DNA of 64,000 bases, taken from the human T2T-CHM13v2.0 reference genome, Homo sapiens. The DNA is taken from assembly GCF_009914755.1 (NCBI RefSeq), contig NC_060933.1, one strand, 5' to 3'. The notes below the pieces were generated by a model. That model was given only the letters and a program-made list of their open reading frames with translations, searched no databases and was not told where the DNA came from. The position numbers and the translations under genes were made by a program. Positions 53,017 through 64,000 of this stretch are shown one piece after another; position 1 is the stretch's first letter, and each line of letters opens with the position of its first letter.

Positions 53017-54329
53017 CTGTTACTTTTCAATAAGACCTTCTCTTACCACCCCAAACTTTTCTTTCTCTTCTATTTTGTCTTCTATTCCAACCACTCCTTC
53101 AGTCAAATGAAAAATATTTCACAGGAAATCCCCCAAGCATTTAGACAAGCATTTAGTGGCAGGCTTAAGGAAGGTATTATACTAAGGGTAAGAATCTTAA
53201 TCTAGGATTCAGAAATTGGTAAATTAAGAAGGAAAATCCAAAGGGAACATTCCAGATTGGCAGGGAAGTTTAAGGGACTAATAGTTTTTATTAGGAATAG
53301 TTCCATAATATGTAGAGGAACCCAAAGATATTAAAGTCAGTTCTTGAGATTCTCATATATGGGAGATACAGAAGAAATACAGAGAGCAGGCATGCCCTGA
53401 TTCAGAGCTCAAATGATTTGTCCATTAGACTCCTCCTCACACCTGTTCTTTCTCTGTCTATATATTGGCTCTTCTATATCTTTAAATGGGTTACATTCAT
53501 AGTGTTCTGAAGAATGCTACTGCCAGCCCTGTTGACATTTTTGTATTACCATGACTTCCAAGGAAAGGAGCAGTATTTCCAGGTAGAAAAGTCCCAGGGA
53601 AGCATGATAAGGCTGATTCATGTATCTATTTCCAAAATAATTATGGTGGTCAGGAAAATAGATTATTCATTCATTCTTCATTTATGCACTTGTTTATTTG
53701 TTTTGCATAGACCCACGTTATGTATTCACTCTCAGGAGCTGAGAGTATGCAATCCATTAGCAGATGAAAGGGAACCAGATAGAAGCGTGCTAGTATCTAA
53801 TAGCTAGCACAATAGCTCAAAACTGGAGTGACAAGAAGAATTAGCATTTGAGGGCTTATGGTAAAGGCAAAATATTAGAAATGGATAAACCATTCTACCA
53901 ATACTTATTGATTCCTTGAGATTTTCTAAATCCATTGTATGATTTGAAATAATATTCAAATGAACTGAATTTTATTCTGGACCAGAAGGAATTATTTGCT
54001 TTTGAAGGCAACAAGAGAAGGAAATGCAAGGTGTCACAAAATTGGATTCTAAAGGTGTCAGCTATGAGAGGCACTGATGGGGGAAGAGCTTGAACTGGAG
54101 ACAGAAAAGCTTTATGGGGCAGATGAGCTTTTGAAGGATAAATAAGTAATTATCCAATAGTTATGATGAGCACAGTGTGTGAGAAAGATGGGAAGGAATG
54201 TTTAAGCTGGAATAGTGAGGAAAAGCAGGGAGTAAGTTTGGATAAGTGAGTAAAACTTACACTGGGCATGAATTTTTTTCATTATGAGGTCTGTTCAAAA
54301 GACTTAACCTCAACACTTTTAAATTGTTT

Positions 54330-55000
54330 GGAAAAACTTTATGTTGAAAGTTAAAATGCATCAGAATAAGAAAACCTAAAGGCATTACATAGTTATCAAA
54401 AGTAAACTATAAATAACCAGAAAAATATGAAAAGATGCCTACCAATACTAATTAAAGAAGGAAAGAAAGAAAAACATATTTCAAAAGATTCCTAAGTCTA
54501 GTTTTAGCAAGAATATGGTTAAACAAGCATCCTTATGCACTTTTGTTCTGACTGTAATTTCCTAAAAAAAAAATGTCCACATGACTTAAATTAAGAATTT
54601 TAATTTTAAGAATTTACATTAAGTAAACAATTAGTAGGTGGGGTGAATATGTTCAATACAATATTGAAATAGAAAATAAAAGCAGCTAATATATCTAAAA
54701 TCGAGGTGTCAATTTCATAAATGATTTGAAAATAATCCTATAGGCTATGACACAAATTCAGGAAATAATGTGGAATGTGGTTCTATATGTGCTTTCTTAA
54801 CAGATGAATATAATTTATCAAATTTTAAACTAAAATTTGAAAAGTTGAAAGAAATATATGCCAAACTATGAACAGTGGTCATCTTAGAGGCTTGAAGTGT
54901 AAGAGAGTGAAATCATTTATATCTTACGTTATAAATGGTGGTGCTATTTAAATTCTTTTGTAGCAAGAATGAATTTATTTACAGTCAACAAAACATGCAC
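54330..55000 (+). mobile_element. Old L1M (ME-like) 3' relic
   Basis: aaatatgaaaagatgc..caatactaattaaagaa; aaatatatgccaaactatgaacagtggtcatct; highly diverged. Confidence 0.55.
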
Positions 55001-56784
55001 ACATACATTTAGCTAAAAGAAAAGAAATTATTGAAGAATAAGTGAGTCAGACAGAAACTGATAACATGACTGACTAGAAAGAAGCAGTGAAAAGCAGTAG
55101 AAAATGGACTGGCTGTCAAAGTCAAACTGATATGGTGGCAATTATCTGATGAATTTGAGCAGTGGAAACATTGACTTGGACAGCTGAGATAAAATTCCAC
55201 TTGAAAAATATGTCTGGCTGATCAGTTTGGAAGATATCAGCCTGCGTATCAATTCGTTCTATAGAGGAAATATCATAGAAGTATTTGACTATGCAATATG
55301 GGTAGACTGAGTATTAAGAACACTGTACATACCCAAATTATAATTTGCAAAACATTAATTAAGCCATTAGGATTCATATTACAAAGGCACTTTATGTATG
55401 TGTGTGTGTGTATATTTACATATGTATGTGTATATGTATATATAGAAACACATATATATGTGAGTCACCATGGAGTTTTTTTAAATAACAGTTTTTCTAG
55501 TGTAATTAAGAAGCAACTAAATTTATAAAACTTTCACTTACCAAAAGCTTGCCACAACCACAGCAGCTGCATGAAGAAAAGCTTATCTGTAGTTCCCCCT
55601 TTGATGATGTTTACCAGGAATTTCCATTTGGCTGTGGCCTTGTGGATATGGTCAGAATGTACTGATAACCTTGGTTAGGTCCATCAGTGCAAATAAAATG
55701 AAATGGTTGACATTTATATGGGCAAACTGATCAATGTAGACAGGCACTGTGAATAAATCAACCTTTAAAAGTCATAAAATCCTGTTTTGTGTAATTTTAT
55801 ATACTTCGCAAAAGCATTTTTATAGAGTCACAATCTTTTAGAATTAGAAGAGCCTCCAATACTCATATAACCCAGGTTTCTCATCTTATAACTTTAAGAA
55901 ACAACCTCCAAAGACTTAGAAAACTTGCCTCAGGTACCCATTTCCATCAGCTGAAAATGGAGAACCAGAAACATGTCTGCTAAGTTCAACTGCAGTCTTT
56001 TCCCAATAAGCAATGTGTTATCTCATTTCTTTCTTAAGGTTACAACTTCAGTTTGAAATAGGTGAGGCAGAGAGTGTGTTTACTACCAGTTACTACTAGT
56101 AACTTACTCTAGTCGAGGGTCTATGAAATCTTTCCCTGGCCAGACAGACACGCATACACACTCATACATACATTATAATATAAAAGTTTTCATCCTGAAA
56201 ATCAAGACTTCCCTGTGATCTAAATGTCTTTTCTCCTTACTTGGGCTGTTATCTTTTTTAAAGACCTCATTCATTTCACATCTGCAAAAAATGGTCAGTC
56301 TCTATGTAGATGATCCTTGGACAGTCATCTTCATCTCTGGTATCTCTCTTCAGGCTTCTGCTATGTATTTATAATTGTTTTATGTTTCTTCCCAGTTCTA
56401 GAGAAATTCTGAAGCCAACATACACAAGTAAATGTAGGTAGAAAAGAAACTTAGGTAAGAAAAGACAGTGTTCCAAGGTATCTGATTGCCTGACTCAGTT
56501 ATGATTAAAATGAGCAAGATCTCTCCCTGCCTCTTCTTCACTTTGGATGTTGAGTCAATGCATACTATCTTTATCTTTAATTAAAATTGGGATTCTGCTA
56601 CATATACAACTGACTGGGATGAAGTATTATCTAATAAATACACATACAAACTCACCTATAGATGGATACAGCTACCTATATCTATATTACTCTATCTAGC
56701 TATCAAGTTTTGTATCTGATTCCAACTAGATATAGATATAAATATAGAGATAGAGATAAAGATACAGTGTAACTACAGATAGTG

Positions 56785-57808
<1,024 letters not shown>

Positions 57809-58014
57809 AAATAATGTGGAGAACATCACTTAAGCAAGAAACTTCAGAAAATGTTAAAAATATAGGTGGGAGGTCTTTTTCCTGGAGTAAGGAACATGGA
57901 AGAATATTATAGAAACAAAGCCTGTATGGGGCTGATTTAAGTACCCTCGTGGAAAACTAAGTAGTATGAACATTGCTGTGCCCATAACCTGGATCCCTGA
58001 ATATGGTGAGTATG

Positions 58015-58280
58015 GCAGTGGTTAACATGATCTGAGCTATGAGAGTTAACAGTCCAGACTGGAGAGCCAGACTGCCCCTGTTCTAACCCCGTTCTGCCTC
58101 ATATGAACTGTTAGCTTTAAGAAAATTGCTTTGCCTCTATGTTTCAGTATATACATCTATAAAATTGGTATGATAATATTACCTACAGCATAAGGTGTTA
58201 TGAAGATTAAATGAATTAATATTTGCATAGTGCTGAGGACAGTGACTAGCATATAGATGCATTAAGTTTCAGTTAATTAT
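58015..58280 (+). mobile_element. MIR SINE, near full length
   Basis: ctggagagccagactgcc..tttcagt..catctataaaattgg..tgaagattaaatga..acagtgactagcatatag. Confidence 0.85.
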
Positions 58281-58361
58281 TCAAAAATGATTGATTCAGA
58301 CATTTCAGGATACATAGAAAGGACTCATTCACTTATTTTCTGGGGGAGGTGCTTGGGGTAG

Positions 58362-59125
58362 CTTTTATTTTTTGTTGTGATAATATATATAACATAAAAC
58401 TTACCATTGTAACCATTTTAAATTTATAGGCCAGTGGCATTAAGTATAATATATTTTTGTCATTGTGCAAACATCACCACCATTTATCTCTACAACTTTT
58501 TTAATTTTCCCAAACTGACACTCTATACCCATTAAACAATAACCTCCCATTTCCTCCTCCCCTCCACCCCTATGAACCCCTATTCTACTTTCTGTCTTTA
58601 TGAATTTGACTATTCTAAGTACTACATTCAAATGCAAACAGACAGTATTCGCCCCTTTGTGCCTGGATTATTTCACTTAGCATAACATTTTCAAGGTTCG
58701 TCATGATGTAGCATGTGTCAGAATTTCTTTCCTTTTTAAGAATGAATAATATTCCCTTGTATGTATATATCATATTTTGTTTATTCATTCATCTTCATCC
58801 ATCTATGGACACTGGGTTGCTTTCATCTTTTGACTGTTGTAAATGATGCTGCTATGAGCATAAGTGTAGAAATATTTGTTTCAGGTGCCTGCCTGCAATG
58901 TTTTTGGGTATATACTCACAAGTAAAATTACTTCTTTCGTGGTAATTCAAGTGGTAATTCTACCTTTATTATTTTTTTGAGGAAACACCACACTGTTTTC
59001 CACAGTGCCTTCACCATTTTGTGATCTCACCAGCAATGTGAGATTGTAACAAGGGTTATAATTTCTCCACATCCTCACCAACATTTGTTATTTAATGTTT
59101 TAAGTTAATAGTCATCATAATAGAT
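58362..59125 (-). mobile_element. L1MB-type 3' fragment
   Basis: aacataaaacttaccatt..cagtggcattaagta..ttcacttagcataac..ggacactgggttgcttt. Confidence 0.88.
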
Positions 59126-59600
59126 GGCTATTCATTCATTTAACAATAATTGGAAATCTACTATGTAAGAGACAATGCATTAGGAGCTAGCCATACAAAA
59201 GGCAGACATAGCCAGCCTGGTTGGTGAGACAGAAAAGTAATTAAGTGTTAGAAAGCCACGTAATAAGTGCCATTAGGCAGTAACCCCTCAAAAGCCATAG
59301 AGGAATGACAGAAGGATACCTAACACTACCCAGAGGGTTTAGTTCAGGCTTCTTATAATACATGGTATGACCAAGTTGAGATTTTAAGAACAAGTAAACC
59401 TTAGGTGGAAAATCAACCAAGGGAGGGCATTGGCTATGTGATAGCCACAGTACACAGCCTATGAAAAGGCTCTGAGGAAACAGAGAGGGCATGGAATCAT
59501 CAACTCACTAAAAATACTCTTATAGCCAGAGAGAAGAGTGTGGAGGGAGTGGCGAGGAACAGGGCCTGAGAGGTAAACCGAGGTGGGTTCTGAAGAGCCA

Positions 59601-60048
59601 TGTTTTAGATTGTCCCCTTCCTGCCTAAATACATCTAGAAGTCCAAACTACCAGTACCTCAAAATGAGACCTTATTTGGAAATAGGATTATTGCAGATGT
59701 GATTAGTGAAGATGAGATCATACTGGAGGAGAGTGGGCCTCAACACACCTGGTGTTCTTATAAGAAGATGGCCCTGTGAAGACAGAGACATATAAGGAGA
59801 ATTCCCTGAGATGGTAGGACTGGAATGATGCATCTACAAGCCAACCATTGCCGACTACTGCTGGCAAACTCCCGGGAGGTAGGAAGGGGCAAGGAAGTAT
59901 TTCCCTAAAAGTTTCAGAGGGTCCATGGCCCTGTCACTACCTTAATTTCAAACTTACAGCCTCTAGAACTGTGTAAAAAATAAACGTCTGTTGTTTAAGT
60001 CACTAGGTTTGTGGCACTTTGTTGTGGAAGCTCTAGGAAACTAACACA
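59601..60048 (+). mobile_element. MLT1B/C-type MaLR solo LTR nested in L2
   Basis: ccagtacctcaaaatgagaccttatttggaaatagg..gcagatgt..; ends ctaggaaactaacaca; L2 antisense from ~59130. Confidence 0.87.
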
Positions 60049-60429
60049 TGATGTTACAAAGAGTAGAAGTTATCCTAGAAAAAGATGATGGGCCAGTGAA
60101 GAAAGATTAGGAGCAAGACAGAGAAACTGGTGAGGCTAGTTGGAAAGCCAGAAAGGTGACTTATATAGTGAGTACAGGGACGGTGGACTCAGATAGACAA
60201 ACGGAAGACCTGTGAGATGTTTAGTCCAACAAACACCAGGATTCAGCCAGAATAATAATAACAATAATAATAAAATGATGGTGATGATAGTTAAGAACAA
60301 ATATTTACTAACTGCTTGCTCTTTGCCAAATACTGAGATGAACATTTAATTCTGAATTATTTATTTTGTAAAACACACCTATAATGTAGCACTATTTTTT
60401 ATATCTGCCATTATAAGGAAAGCAAGTTT

Positions 60430-60608
60430 ATTTTTTCCTTTTTATTTCTTTTATTTTTTGAGACAGGATCTTGTCCTGTCACCCAGGCTGGAGAGCAGTT
60501 GCTCAGTCATGGCTCACTGCAGACTTGAACCCCTGAGCTCAAGCGATCCTCCTGCCTCAGCCTCCCAAGTACCTGGGATTACAGGCTCACATCACCATCT
60601 CCACTAAT
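60430..60608 (-). mobile_element. Alu right monomer (FRAM or 5'-truncated AluJ) inserted in a MIR
   Basis: Right arm only; TSD aaagcaagttt at 60419-60429 and 60611-60621. Confidence 0.85.
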
Positions 60609-61313
60609 GAAAAGCAAGTTTTGAAGAAGGCTTGTCCAAAAACAAATGGAGATGGATTCTGACTGAATCAGATTTTCTCCAGAGCCTGTATTCAGAGCCA
60701 CTATTTTAATCAGAATGAATAATATAGGGGTGAGAAAAAAGAATTAAGAAGATATTTATATGGATAAATTAAGAATTGCTAAAGCTTAGACAATTAGGTG
60801 AAGGAGAAATGGATGGTGTCATTCAAACAAAAAAGAGTGTTGAAGTTTGGAGCAGGTGCAGACCCATGAAGAAGGAAACTGAGTCTTTCTCTTTCAGGGA
60901 CAACAAATTGCATCATGTCCCCACCCCTGAATGAGCCTGGTCATTTCCTCTGAATGTTGTCCCCATCCTGCTTCAGCCACTCCATGAATGACGTGCAGCT
61001 GCACTCCTTTCCCTGTGTTCCAGGAAAGCATCTGGAAATAAACAGCACTTAGCCCTGCTGCTGAGACAAAGGCATTGTTTCTTTAATAACACGTCTCTTT
61101 GGAAACCATCTCCAGACCTAATTCATAAGCCCGGCTGTGCTGACCCCGACGTGATGTAGCTTGCTCAGTTCTTCTGGGAAAAGGAGCATGTGTGAGATAT
61201 AGTGGGCCCTAAAGAGAAAGCAAGTTGAGATTTGGAGGGGACTTTGGTCCCCTTAGAATGCAACAGGCAGGTACTTATTTAAGAATGCAGATGGTGAAAC
61301 CCACAGTTTATTT

Positions 61314-61316
<3 letters not shown>

Positions 61317-61347
<31 letters not shown>
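61317..61347. repeat. (TG)n microsatellite
   Basis: About 15 perfect TG units. Confidence 0.95.
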
Positions 61348-61351
<4 letters not shown>

Positions 61352-61529
61352 AAGCATGCTGTTACCTGGAAACCCAGGAGAAGTGAAACATCACCCCAAT
61401 CAGTGTAATAATGACAGCATACTCTGAAATGACACCTGCTGATATTTATATCATACAGGTGACAGTGTTGGGAAGATAGGAGGTACCGTTTATTGAGTAC
61501 ATGCTAGGCACATTGTTTATCCCATTTCC

Positions 61530-62540
61530 TGTATGCTTCAGTTAACTGCTGCAAAAAATATATATATATATATATGAAAACATCAACCATGAAACCTCAG
61601 AGGCAAATAAAAAAACACTTGGATTTATTCATGAGGTTAGAGTCATCTGGTCAGTTCTACTGTTCTCAGCTGATCTTGGTGGGGCTTACTCAAGAGTGGT
61701 CAACAGTATTTGGGCCAGGCAGCTCTGCAGATCAGAGGAGGGTGCTTACATGTCTGGAGGCTTGACTGGGATGACCAGGCTGATTCAGCGCTGTTCCACT
61801 TGCCGCCTTCTTCAGCAGTCTGTCTTAGGCATGTTCTCATGGGGAAGGCTGAGAAGTAAAAGAGGAAGCATTAACACATGAGGACATTTTGGAGTCTCTC
61901 CTTGTATGACATTTTCTATGTCTCCATTGACCAAAGAAAGTTAAAGGGCCAAGGTAGAAGTCAGCATGGGAGGTGTGATGGTTAATACTGAGTGTCAACT
62001 TCATTGGATTGAAGGATGCAAAGTATTGTTCCTGGGTGTGTCTGTGAGGGTGTTGCCAAAAGAGATTAACATTTGAGTCAGTGGACTGGGAGAGGCAGAC
62101 CCACCCTCATTCTGGGTGGGCACCATCTAATCAGCTGCCAGCACAGCCAGAATAAAAAGCAGGCAGAAGAATGTGGAGAGATTAGACTGGCTTAGCCTCC
62201 CAGCTTCCATCTTTCTCCCATGCTGGATGCTTCCTTGCTGGATGCATCCTCCCATGCTGCCCTTGAACATTGGACTCCAAGTGCTTCAGCTTTGGCACTC
62301 GGACTGGCTTCCTTGCTCCTCAGCTTACTGATGGCCTATTGTGAGACCTTGTGATCGTGTGAGTTAATACTCCTTAATAAGCTTGCCTTTATATATACAT
62401 CTATCCTATTAGTTCTGTCCTTCTAGAGAACTCTGATTAATACAGGAGGGAACAAAAGGTTACAGAGTGGGTCCAGACACCAGGGGCTGTGGATACAAAG
62501 ATGTCTTTAGTGGGATCATTGATGCAGTCAAGCTACTGCT
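61530..62540 (-). mobile_element. Old MLT1 (F-like) LTR interrupted by MLT2A
   Basis: tcagttaactgctgc..ctcagctgatcttggtggggcttactca..ccattgaccaaag..aagg; resumes after 62449. Confidence 0.6.
61974..62444 (+). mobile_element. MLT2A1-type HERV-L solo LTR
   Basis: tgtgatggttaatactgagtgtcaact...ctagagaactctgattaataca; perfect 5-bp TSD ggagg. Confidence 0.93.
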
Positions 62541-62937
62541 GTATAGTTTTCCAATCAATCCTTATAGAAATTATGACCATTTTAGAAATAAGAAGCTCAG
62601 AAGCCATTTAATGTCGTTATTTAACACCACACAGCTAGGATGTTGGAGAGCTGGCACTTGAGGTCATGATAATGCTTGTCTGTCTCTCTGTTTGAATATT
62701 TGTTTGTCTGGTTCCATTAAATGATAGGAAACTATGATCTGACAGAATGAGGGTAGAGACACTTGAAAGCAGGGGATACCAAGCCAGTGTGATGACCTGT
62801 AACTCAAGTGTTAGTTACGTCGGATTTGGTTAAATGTCATCTCCATACCCTAAGGTACTTCCAGAGCACCCTATGCTTCTTCGTAATACTCTTCATATCT
62901 GTACATATTTGTTTCATTGTCTGTTTTCCCTCTAGAG

Positions 62938-63164
62938 TGAGGATTAGCCAACTTTTTCTAGATATGGCTGGATAATACATATCATAGGCTTTGTGGGCCA
63001 TGCAGTGTGTGTTGTTATTACTCCACTCTACCCCTTTACCATAGAAGCAGCATTGAAAATAAACGAATGAATTTTTTTTTATAACACATGCCTGTATTAT
63101 AGAAAACTATAAAAACAGGTGGTGGACTGAATTTGATTCATGGGCCATCAATTGCTGACCCTTG
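62938..63164 (+). mobile_element. MER58A-type hAT-Charlie MITE nested in an L2 tail
   Basis: ccaactttttct..taggctttgtgggccat..ttgctgacccttg; 8-bp flanks ctctagag/ttctaagg fit the Charlie NTCTAGAN target. Confidence 0.82.
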
Positions 63165-63554
63165 TTCTAAGGTATAAACTCCACATGTTGTTTTCTCCTG
63201 GATTCCTGGCATCAGCATAACAATGGCACATAGTGGGTATAAAATAGATATTTGTTCCACAAATCAAGAAGTGTAGTCTTACAGGCTAGGCCATTCTTGG
63301 ACAATGGATGTGGAATGTCTATGATTTGCCGATGTCAGCACTTAAACTTAGGACTGTTATCACAACCTTACCATTCATGGAATCAAGGCTGCAGCATCAT
63401 TACCCAGACAAGTTTTGTTTAGAAACTGTAGTAGACCTAAACCTCACCTTAGAGGCCATAAAAAAAGTAAAGATAAGGACATCTAGAGAGAGCCTGAGTT
63501 GGGAAATCTAGCATAGATTTCAGCTTGTCTGGATGTCTAAGTAGTCAACTTTAT

Positions 63555-63915
63555 TGTATTTCCATAACTGTCATAAAACATACTATAAGCTCAGTGACTT
63601 AAATTAACACAAACATGTTATTCTACAGTTTATAGGTCAGAAGTGTGATATGATTTTCACTGGGTTAAAATCAAGAAGTCAGGAAGGCTGTATTCCTATC
63701 TGGATCTAGCAGAACATCTGTCTCCTTGCTTTTTCCAGCTTCTAGAGACCACTTAACTTCTTAGTTTATGGCTCCCTTCTTCTATCTTCAAAGCCAATGA
63801 TACTGCATCTTTCTGACCATTCTTCCATAGTCACAACTCTTTCTTATCACAGTCAGCAAATATTCTCTACTTTTAAGAACCCATGTAATTAGATTCGACC
63901 TACCCAGATAAGAAT
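63555..63915 (-). mobile_element. MLT1D-type MaLR LTR
   Basis: ctcagtgacttaaa..acacaaac..tacagtt..taggtcagaagt..cactgggttaaaatcaag..ttttccagcttctagag. Confidence 0.82.
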
Positions 63916-64000
63916 CTGACATTCAATCAAAGGATATGATTTAAACATTTTCTACAAATATGTAGTTACTAAAAAAATCTTACTTTCTGAAGATGCAGTG

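Overview
Human nuclear DNA. The species call rests on a consensus-like AluYa5 at 41.4 kb, supported by an SVA at 51-53 kb and an L1HS/L1PA2-type 3' stub at 32.6 kb. The window is AT-rich, non-coding (intergenic or deep intronic) and dominated by interspersed repeats. These include 15 Alus, one full-length SVA (B/C-type), L1 fragments (one with a twin-priming 5' inversion), many MIR and L2 relics, MaLR/ERVL/ERVK/ERV1 LTRs, a complete LTR-int-LTR MST-type MaLR element, and hAT and Tigger DNA transposons. I find no credible host protein-coding exon, RNA gene or CRISPR array. The ORFs I could assign are transposon remnants or low-complexity artefacts; the rest are short and unrecognisable. I cannot support a new biological system here. 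The most unusual observations are three mutational/retrotransposition signatures: (i) an ERV1 env-PPT-U3-R fragment that ends in an A-rich tail and lacks U5, consistent with an L1-retroposed viral mRNA; (ii) a ~115-bp segment flanked by 19-bp direct repeats that matches sequence 6.9 kb away; (iii) a palindromic template-switch scar at 6.5 kb. Young, possibly polymorphic insertions and intact versus mutated DUX4 motifs in LTRs are also worth checking. Repeat subfamily names come from remembered consensus sequences, and boundaries of old repeats are approximate.
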